From positions 431,178 through 495,177 of the forward strand of contig NIVC01000297.1 in NCBI GenBank assembly GCA_002269645.1: 64,000 bases of DNA, read 5' to 3'. The DNA comes from Macrostomum lignano. Its lineage: Eukaryota. Below the pieces are notes generated by a model. It saw only the letters and a list, made by a program, of their open reading frames with translations. It was not told where the DNA came from and made no database searches. This document shows positions 53,040 to 64,000 of this stretch, piece by piece. Each line of letters starts with the position of its first letter. The stretch's first letter is position 1. Made by a program: the position numbers and the translations under genes.

Positions 53040-55720
53040 TGCCAATGCTTTAATTGGCGCAATTTAAATTTATTTTGGCTCCATTCTTCTTCATAGTCAT
53101 GATCATATTTAGCACCGTTATCAAAATACTATTTGGCGCTGTTGTCAAGATCATATTTGGCGCAGTTGACAAGATCATACTTGCGCCATTATCAAGATAC
53201 TATTTGGCTCCATCATCATCAAGACACTAATTGGCGCCATTGCTACGATACCACTTAGCGCTGTCCTCAAAATACTATTTGGCGCTATCAGCAAGATTTG
53301 ATTTAGCGCTATCATTTCAAGATGCTATTTGGCGCTACCATCTATCTATCTAAATATACTAAATCTCTAATCTATGTCCGTGTAAAACGCTCTGCAGACT
53401 GCAATTCTTGACCAATTTCGATCGCGTTTTCACCAAAACATTGCAAATCAGCCAAGGATTGTATGGTTAAAATTTCTTTTATCTGCTTCAATGCTAAAGG
53501 TCTTAAATATTCAAAAAACTGTATTTTCCCTATCTAATTAGTGTATTTTTCTCGCAGTGAGAGCTCGAAAAATAATAATACGTCTATGGCCATAGACTAA
53601 ACTTTAACTTCTTGAGCTGATGCTGCGAGCTATAAATAATTAAATATTCGCAAGCTTCAGTTATTTTCATTTTCATTTATTTGTAGCTTGTTCCTGGACT
53701 AATCGCTAAAATGCAGACGATGCAAAATCTTCGTTGCATTGATGTGCAAAAGACTGCCAATATCTATCGAAAATTGATTATATAATGAGCCGTACAATTA
53801 TTGAAAGGATCATTGCAGCTTCCTGAGGATACTGAGGGGCCAGCAAAGAGGAAAACTGCAGACTGCTGAGAATGAGAATTGTTGTAGACTGCAAATGGAA
53901 TGACCGCAGGTTGCTGAGGAGAACTGCAGATTGTCGAAGGGATCATTTATTTAGACTGCAAAGTTGGAAAACGAAAAACTGCTGAGGTTGTTCCTCAAGA
54001 CTTATGAGTGTATAGCTGCAAACTTCCAATGGGATATCTATCTACAGAGTTTTAGTGGATAATAACTGTGAATGATTAAGCGCAAGTTTTTGAGGGGATA
54101 ACTGCAGACTGCTGAATGAATTATTGTAGTTTGCTGATGTTAATGAAAGTTGTAGACGGCAGTGTGGATATCTGCAGGCTGTTAATAGTATGACTGCATT
54201 CTGTTTTGCGGGATTAGAAGAGAAGCTACAAGCTACAAGAATTACTGAATTACTGTAGACAAGCAATAACAAGCATAGGCTAAGCAGATGGTCGGCAGTT
54301 GGAGTCTGCATTGAAGCAGCAAATTTATCTGGCTTACTGGGGGAATTGTTGAGATGTCAAGGCTTACTGGGGTAATTGCTGCGATCTCGAGGCTTACTGG
54401 GGGAATTGCTGAGATGTCAAGGCTTACTGGGGGAATTGCTGAGATGTCAAGGCTTACTGGGGGAATTGCTGAGATGTCAAGGCTAACTGGGGGAATTACT
54501 GAGAAGTCAAGGCTAACTGGGGAAATTGCTGAGATTTCAAGGCTTATTGGGGGAATTTCTGAAATGTCAAGGCTTATTGGGGGGAATTGCTTAGATTTCA
54601 AGGCTTACTGGGGGAATTGCTGAGATGTCAAGGCTTACTGGGGGAATTGCTGAGATGTCAAGGCTTACTGGGGGAATTGCTGAGATGTCAAGGCTAACTG
54701 GGGGAATTACTGAGATGTCATCAAGGCTTATGGCATATTGAGCTCCTGCTGCGGACCAGAATACGCCCAGGCCAATGACGATATGCACTAAGAGTTTGTG
54801 CTTGAAAGGATAAGTACTATTTGCTGAATGAGAAAGGGTTTTGGGCTGATGAAGGAAACTTTGGCTGGTGAAGATTTTGATTCATGGCAACTGGGGAATT
54901 GTTGAGTTGTCAAGGCTTACTGGGGGAATTGCTGAGATGTCAATGCTTACTGGGGGTATTGCTGAGATTTCAAGGCTTACTGGGGGAATTACTGAGATGT
55001 CAAAGCTAACTGGGGGAATTACTGAGATGTCAAGGCTAACTGGGGGAATTGCTGAGATGTCAAGGCTAACTGGGGAATTGCTGAGATTTCAAGGCTAACT
55101 GGGGGAATTGCTGAAATGTCAACGCTTACTGGGGGGAAGTGCTGAGTTGTCAAGGCTTACTGGGGGAATTGCTGAGATTTCAAGGCTTACTCGGGGAATT
55201 GCTGAGACTTCAAGGCTTACTGGGGCAATTGCTGAGATGTCAAGGCTTACTGGAGGAATTGTGAGAAGTCAAGACTTACTGGAGGAATTACTGAGATTCG
55301 ATACTTACTGGGGAATTACTGAGATTTCAAGGCTTGCTGGGGGGAATTACTGAGATTTCAAGGCTTACTGGGGGGAATTGCTGAGTTGTCAAGGCTTACT
55401 GGAGGAATTGCTGAGATGTCAAGGCTTACTGGGGGTATTGCTGAGATTTCAAGGCTTACCGGGGGTAAGGTTATTACTCATAGGCCAAAATAAAAACCAT
55501 TTGGCGTCATTCTTGCGTCCCCCAACGGGGGGCTTAAATTGCTAGTCAATATACTATTTGGCGTCATTAGCAACATACTACTTAGCGCCATCAGCAAGAT
55601 ACTATTTCGCGCCATCAGCAAGATACTATTTAACGCTGTTGTTACGATACTACTTAGGAGCTGTTGTCAAGATACTATTTTGCCTCATTTTGAAGACCCA
55701 ATACATTTTTGCGCCATTAT
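53040..55720. repeat. About 30-bp TTTGGCGC-core minisatellite split by a Helitron (53040-53340 and 55546-55720)
   Basis: The same unit (atactatttggcgccattatcaag) occurs on both sides. Confidence 0.8.
53341..55545 (+). mobile_element. Non-autonomous Helitron (2,205 bp) carrying a 30-bp minisatellite (54330-55465)
   Basis: A|TCTATCTATC 5' end; 3' hairpin GTCCCCC-AAC-GGGGGGC then CTAG|T; no TSD; removing it restores the host repeat unit. Confidence 0.85.
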
Positions 55721-56724
55721 TACAGTTTCTCTGCGCTTATTGAGCAAACAGAGAACGATATAAACAGTTCCAAGTAAGAGAATCGATACGTTGTATGGAA
55801 GACACTGGGATTATTATAAAGAGCAGCGGTCTTCTCTCTCAAAGGCAGACACTTGGCAGCATCAAGAAGTCAAGCCGAAAGCAGAAAAAAATTGCGAGCA
55901 ACACATCTTTTTTGTATGCCTGCACTAGTCCGCCTAGCGCTCAAAGAGACAAGTGTTATACCCAAGGACTTCTGAAGAATATCGCTGGTTTCAATCAAGT
56001 GGATTGCCCGACAGCGTCGCGCTTGACTGGAGGACATACTTCTCGTCTCTTTTATTCGTGTCTCAGCGCCTCAAGACCTCATACTCCTTCGTTCTACTTG
56101 ATCATGCTTTTAAACAAGGCTGGTAAGTTAGTTGATTGAATCTACAAGACACAGGCCTGTGTTTTTGTATGTTAACTGTAGCAGTCATACTGAGCTCGAG
56201 CTCGTGGCCTAATCTCCAAGACATTTTAATAACGAGCTAAAGCAATATTAAGCAATTTAGTAATGGAGAAGTTGGATCATATAATCATTTCCGATATGCT
56301 AATGGCGGTAATCGCTACTTTATTTCTTGCTTCACTTTCTTCGGTAATTTACTAAATTAAATTTTCTACACGACACTACTACCACTTTCTTACTGGCAGA
56401 CATATTCATAACTCTTGCTCATACATTAGAGACTTTTTAATGACTGAACTGATCGGATAGAAAAGGAGAGAGATTACAAAGACTGACTGATTGAGTCACG
56501 AAATAGGGACCATGCTTAATTAACAGTGGATTAAATTGGTGGCTTCTATCGAATGCTAAGATAGCGTGCGCCCTTCTTTATAGCCGCTTCCGAGATTTAA
56601 ACTAGGCTGAAACTACGCCTCGCCAGTAAGGCTCTACTATCTTATTTATTCAAAGAATATTCCATTTTTTCGGGTACCACGGCATCGCGTCTGGGGATAA
56701 ACGACCTGTCCGACTTAGCGGTAA

Positions 56725-58175
56725 GGGAGCAGTAGGGAAAATGAAGGGACCAGTATGGAGAATGAAGGGAGTAGTAGGGAGAATGAAGGGACCAGTATGG
56801 AGAATGAAGGGAGTAGTAGGGAGAATGAAGGGAGCAGTAAGGAGAATGAAGGGAGCAGTAGGGAGAATGAAGGGAGCAGTAGGGAGAATGAAGTGAGCAG
56901 TAGGGAGAATGAAGGGAGCAGTAAGGAGAATGAAGGGAGCAGTAGGTAAAATGAAGGGAGCAGTAGGGAGAATGAAGGGAGCAGTAGGGAGAATGAAGGG
57001 AGCAGTAGGGAGAATGAAGTGAGCAGTAGGGAGAATGAAGTGAGCAGTAAGGAGAATGAAGGGAGCAGTAGGGAGAATGAAGTGAGCAGTAGGGAGAATG
57101 AAGTGAGCAGTAGGGAGAATGAAGGGAGCAGTAGGGAGAATGAAGTGAGCAGTAGGGAGAATGAAGTGAGCAGTAGGGAGAATGAAGTGAGCAGTAGGGA
57201 GAATGAAGTGAGCAGTAGGGAGAATGAAGTGAGCAGTAGGGAGAATGAAGGGAGCAGTAAGGAGAATGAAGGGAGCAGTAGGGAGAATGAAGTGAGCAGT
57301 AGGGAGAATGAAGTGAGCAGTAGGGAGAATGAAGGGAGCAGTAGGGAGAATGAAGTGAGCAGTAGGGAGAATGAAGTGAGCAGTAAGGAGAATGAAGGGA
57401 GCAGTAGGGAGAATGAAGTGAGCAGTAGGGAGAATGAAGTGAGCAGTAAGGAGAATGAAGGGAGCAGTAGGGAGAATGAAGTGAGCAGTAGGGAGAATGA
57501 AGTGAGCAGTAAGGAGAATGAAGGGAGCAGTAGGGAGAATGAAGTGAGCAGTAGGGAGAATGAAGTGAGCAGTAGGGAGAATGAAGGGAGCAGTAGGGAA
57601 AATAAAGGGAGCAGTAGGGAGAATGAAGGGAGCAGTAGGGAAAATGAAGGGACCAGTAGGGAGAATGAAGAGAGCAGTAGGGAAAATAAAGGGAGCAGTA
57701 GGGAGAATGAAGGGAGCAGTAGGGAAAATGAAGGAAGCAGTAGGGAGAATGAAGTGAGCAGTAGGGAAAATGAAGGGAGCAGTAGGGAAAATGAAGGGAG
57801 CAGTAGGGAAAATCAAGGGAGCAGTAGGGAGAATGACGAGAGCAGTAGGGAGAATGAAGGGAGCAGTAGGGAGAATGAAGTGAGCAGTAGGGAGAATGAA
57901 GGGAACAGTAGGGAGAATGACGAAGGCAGTAGGGAGAATGAAGGGAACAGTAGGGAGAATGACGAGGGCAGTAGGGAGAATGAAGGGAACAGTAGGGAGA
58001 ATGACGAGGGCAGTAGGGAGAATGAAGGGAACAGTAGGGAGAATGACGAGGGCAGTAGGGAGAATGAAGGGAACAGTAGGGAGAATGACGAGGGCAGTAG
58101 GGAGAATGAAGTGAGCAGTAGGGAGAATGAAGTGAGCAGTAGGGAGAATGACGAGGGCAGTAGGGAGAATGAAGG
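56725..58175. repeat. 21-bp purine-rich minisatellite (gggagcagtagggagaatgaa), about 69 copies
   Basis: Gives 7-aa periodic ORFs. Confidence 0.95.
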
Positions 58176-58231
58176 ATCAGGGAGACTATATGAAGCTGAG
58201 ATATAAGATTGAACAGAAAAGTCCGACTCAC

Positions 58232-58498
58232 AATTTGATCGTAGAATCCGAGAAACTTCTCCATCTCAGCTGACAGCACCAGCTGCTTACACGAGGCTGC
58301 CGTGGCCCCCTTAACAACTAGCGCAGACTTTTTGGCGCTACTAGTTCGACTGCTACTAGCACGGCTCGCGTCCTTACTACTGCTACCAATAGTATTCCTA
58401 TGACCGCTAATGGATGCGGAAGCTAAGTTACTCTTTTTACGACCAAACGATGCTCGATCGATGAAAGCAATTTTGAATTCTTTTCGTTGAGACATTGA
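58232..58498 (-). CDS. ank: Candidate alternative ankyrin N-terminal or cassette exon (basic, Ser-rich, 89 codons)
   Basis: tttttgctag|TCA ATG ... ATT|gtgagt, phase 0-0, stop-free. Confidence 0.5.
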
Positions 58499-58980
58499 CT
58501 AGCAAAAATGTTATATTGTCTATGCATTTATTAACGAGCATTTATTCTCAGCAAAAAACCATCTCGAAGCAGCATATTCTCAATCCCTGCGTATCACTTT
58601 GATTTTACTGCTTGTGTCACAATTCCGTATGTCCGATCGCTGATAATTTCGATCCATCACATGCGCTCTCTCGAGGCTTTATTCATGTTAAATGCTTTTC
58701 CTAGCTCTGAGTCTTCGACGGGAAACTATTGGAGACGCGAGACAGACGAAGGGGAACTGAAAATGCGAGACAGCAGCGGGGCACAGCGTGGCCTCAACTC
58801 GTTGCACTCACTAACAGAGCTGTTCTCTGCATGTCTTTCTCAAAACTGATACTCTGGAGCAGCTTTTTAGCCAGTCAACTATTGGACACTGCTGCTTCAG
58901 CCCATGTTCACCAATCACCAGTTCGCACGGCACACAACTCGGTTTAGCTTGAGCAGATCAAACTGACTCACTTAGCGAAT

Positions 58981-60270
<1,290 letters not shown>

Positions 60271-60756
60271 AGGTAGACAGATAGAGAGATTGCAGCCGGG
60301 AACGAGTGGAGTAGCTCAAGAACAGAAATTCGGCACTAAATATCTGCGCCTCCAGTTTTAATTTCAAGTCAGACAGATATGATGCACAAAGCGCGGGCCC
60401 TCTGCCTCAGGCCGGCAGCGGTCACATGATCATAAATTAGCACAAGGTCTAGAATTCAGCCAGTCTCACAAGGGAGATCGCTTGAGGGTAACATAAAACC
60501 AGGCATATCTATCTAGGAAACGCTGCTAGTTGACACCTATAAACAGTGCTGGCAGTTGAAAAGTACAAGATTGTCTTTTTGGGAGTCTTTCCAGCGCAAC
60601 TGCAAGCGCTTCAAACAATCAAACGAATGATTAAAAAGCGCAGCCTTATCAGATAGTACTGTGATTTTATAAATTGTATACTTTTTATTAAGGATTGGAA
60701 CAGGCTATTAATGTCTTGAGGTCCTATTAACAGAGAGAAAAGTAGAGGGAATGAGG

Positions 60757-60826
60757 CAGACAGGACAGAACAGACACAAAGACAGACAGACAGACAGACG
60801 ACAGACACAGACAGACAGACAGACAG

Positions 60827-60894
<68 letters not shown>

Positions 60895-60909
60895 GGAGAC
60901 AGACAGAGC

Positions 60910-60962
<53 letters not shown>

Positions 60963-60982
60963 GGACACACAGACAGACAGAC

Positions 60983-61021
<39 letters not shown>

Positions 61022-61179
61022 GGACAGACAGACAGACGGAACAGACAGACAGACAGAACAGGCAGACAGACAGAGCGGACAGACAGACAGACAGACACCA
61101 GACAGACAGACAGAGACACACAGGCAGCGCAGACAGACAGACAAGGAGCAGGCAGACAGACAGACAGACAGCAGACACC

Positions 61180-61228
<49 letters not shown>

Positions 61229-61282
61229 GGCAGACAGAGAGACACAAGACAGACGACAGACAGACACAGACAGACATGACAG

Positions 61283-61314
<32 letters not shown>

Positions 61315-61388
61315 GGCAGGCAGACAGACAGACAGACAGACAGGCAGGCAGACAGACAGACAGACAGACAGGCAGTCAGACGCAGACA
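60757..61388. repeat. Degenerate (GACA)n microsatellite
   Basis: Direct reading. Confidence 0.95.
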
Positions 61389-61450
61389 GAAGATAGACAG
61401 CGAAAGAAAAAGGCAGAGACTAGTAGAGCTAATAACCAAGAAAAGCTCAC

Positions 61451-61552
61451 AGCATTGCAGGTGTCAATCTTCATTCCGCTATTAAGAAAGTCCAACACCT
61501 TGGCCAAGTTGCCAGCCCGAGCGACGCGCAGAAAATTCTGACTAGGATCCAC
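61451..61552 (-). CDS. ank: Ankyrin exon, ANK repeat 1 ([16 protein letters not shown]...CNA)
   Basis: gaag|GTG ... GCT|gtgag, phase 0-0. Confidence 0.92.
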
Positions 61553-62518
61553 CTTCGGGAATTGTGCAAAATGTGTCAATTAAAACTATTTTGTCAACAT
61601 TGGCATTACACAGAAATAAAGTTCATGAAAAATAGGGTCATAAAAATGCGCGTTATAGTTTATTAATTATGTATCGAGCTGCATACAATACCTTTGATTT
61701 GAAGCCAGTGCCCATTTTATCACTAATATTATTAACAATCTTAAAAATAAAAAAACAGCAATATAAAGTAGAACTTTGCTCTGTTCTGTCGAAATTATTT
61801 GGTTTCAAAAGAAACCATTTATCAATCGAAACTTAGCAATAAAAAGAATGGCAATTATTCTTTGTTCAAACCAACTATCGAACTTGCTTCTTTAAATTAG
61901 AGGAAAAAGTAGCCAACCAACAGAAAGAAAACAAGAGATCCGTGATGAATTAGCGAAAGGAAAGAAAAAATTTAATAATACTTCAAATCCTATAAGATGG
62001 AATGAAAGTTTGACGCGTCGTCTCGTCTCTCTACATTCGTCCAGTTCAAAATTAGACGGGGGGGGATTTTCGAAACGAACGAAAAAAGTTCTGCTGACAG
62101 ATTTTAGAGAGAAAAAAATATTCGCCGAACTAAAATGCTTTATTTAAGCGCCTACGGAACTTTTTATTGAAACACAAGCCGCAGACCTGTAGGTATTGCC
62201 AGCCAATGACCAAATCTGGACATTGTGGTTTCCTTACATATTCCTAGAGGTCTTCCTACATATTTCTCTTACCCATCTGCTAGCAAGGCTGATATGCATA
62301 TGTATGTCTGTCATTCATAACCCGCTTTTTCTCTCTTCGCTTTTTTTGCAAAAAAATTCTGCTGAGTTTAAAGCATCAATGTTTTTGACTTGTATATTCT
62401 AGACAAGTGCATACATTATATACTGTACGTGTATATAGAATGTAGATAAACCAAAAAAGTGCGATGAGTCCCGTGATACTTTGTTTCAAAGATTCTATAC
62501 TTCAATAATAATAATATT

Positions 62519-62772
62519 TGATTTCACCTGCCCCAATTAGACCAGATGTGCAACCGACAGCTCAGCCGCAGCTATTGCGCCGCGCATCTGAAGGCTGCGT
62601 ACGGCTGTTCAGTCCAAGGACTGGGGGGTCGCCACACACCCTTAATTACCCCAGCTAATGCTAGCACCCATTTTACAGCTGGGTGAACTGAAGCAATGCA
62701 GAGTTTAAGTGTCTTGCTCAAGGATACAAGTTGTTCCAGTGGGATCAGAATCGAACTCCCGACCTCCAAGTG
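62519..62772 (-). mobile_element. Second, 5'-truncated copy of the tRNA-derived SINE
   Basis: Near-identical to 35048-35290; B-box retained, A-box lost; (ATT)n tail adjacent. Confidence 0.85.
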
Positions 62773-63445
62773 TATAAAGTTTTTTTTATTTTTTCAGAAT
62801 TTTTTGTCACTTAAAACTATTTAATTCAATAATATTCGCTACAGTCTACTTAAAGTAGACTTAAAAGCATTTTTTTCGACCTAGAAACGTTACTAAAACA
62901 TTATTTTTATATGGCTTAAGACTAACACAAAAAATAAAGAAGCAAAAGCAACTTAGTTGAATTTTGAACGTTGAACTCAGCTAAAGCTCGGTTTTGTGTC
63001 AGAGTGTGCCATGATGTATCAACTTAAATTTTGTCATATCGAATTTGGATCCAAGATGTCAAGTTAGTACCAAAGAAGTGGATTTCATTTTACAACAAAT
63101 ATGACTTTTTTGGATTTCAAGACTTGTATCAATAGTAAAAATTGTGTAATGTCTAAACATGGAATCTGCAGGCTTTGGCAGGTGTAATAAAGGGCATGGT
63201 AGTAATGTTGGTGTTTTATTTGATTTTTTTTTAATTAATACCAGCTGGTGACTGAGATGTCAAGGTTCACTGGAGAATTGCTAATATGCCAAGACTTATT
63301 GGGAATTCCTGAGATGCCAAAACTTATTGGGGGAATTCCTGAGATGTCAAGTCAAAAAGGATTCACATAATAATTTTATCCTGTTCTTATCGGCCGCCCC
63401 GAAGGGACTAGATGGATAAAAACTTCTATCTATAATAAAACTTAC

Positions 63446-63481
63446 CGTTTTGGCTTGACCTTTGTCCTCTTCTTTGATCAT
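63446..63481 (-). CDS. ank: Ankyrin exon 1 (MIKEEDKGQAKT)
   Basis: ATG plus a perfect gtaagt phase-0 donor matching the next exon; too short for the ORF track. Confidence 0.7.
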
Positions 63482-64000
63482 ATTGAAAATTTGGCGGATT
63501 ACTCCTTAACACTATAAAGATTAATCTAGTTGAGTAAAGCGAAAAAAAACAGCTAGCTAACATCTACGCGATAACGAGGAATCGACACTGCTCTTATATC
63601 CGCTCAGTGAAATACAATCTGACTTGATAACAGAGCTAATTTATTCACGCATCTGCTAGGAATCTACTTTAGATAAATTCTATAATTGACAAAGATCTCT
63701 TACTAAGCAAGGTGCAATGCAGCTTAATACCGCTCTCTAGATTAGTTTTGCTCACTCTATACGTGCACACATACGGACGGAGAGGAAGAATGTCTTAAAC
63801 GCACTAACTCAAGTTAGCCTACTATATACATACGTGTAAGCACCTCGACGTTAAACAGAGTGGAGTGGCAGTGAAGACGAGAGCCACAGAGGCATGATCG
63901 GGAGGGAAAGAGAGCCTCATCTCTTTTTATCTTACTAGGTAAGCCGTACAGTGGATGGAGCTAATCAGATGGGAGTAAACGCCTGACCCTATGCGAGTGG

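Noticed and set aside
56642-58495. 617-aa, 388-aa and 395-aa ORFs
   Set aside because: Reading through a 21-bp minisatellite; only the 58232-58498 part has splice sites and non-repetitive content.
61376-61579. TTG start of ankyrin as given in the ORF track
   Set aside because: Internal exon with an acceptor at 61553; a better ATG exon lies at 63446-63481.

Overview
Animal (metazoan) genomic DNA. The ankyrin sequence looks flatworm-like to me, which is inference only. The window is dominated by one canonical ankyrin gene on the minus strand (ATG 63481 to stop 10229, about 53 kb). I reconstructed it by hand as 26 core GT-AG exons giving about 2,410 aa: 24 ANK repeats, a linker, ZU5-ZU5-UPA, a death domain and an acidic C-terminal tail. 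The introns are packed with different mini- and microsatellites. They also hold a full-length, recently inserted RNase H-encoding non-LTR retrotransposon (LOA/R1-like, 44555-49933, 14-bp TSD), a 2.2-kb non-autonomous Helitron (53341-55545) and two copies of a tRNA-derived SINE. Downstream of the gene are an intron-containing tyrosine recombinase gene of Crypton type with a 100-bp hairpin, a nested fold-back element, a possible caspase relic and an unidentified Ser-rich ORF. There is no CRISPR, rRNA or true tRNA gene. Most long ORFs in the supplied track are artefacts of tandem repeats. All exon calls are from manual splice-site and phase analysis with no transcript evidence; repeat boundaries are approximate.
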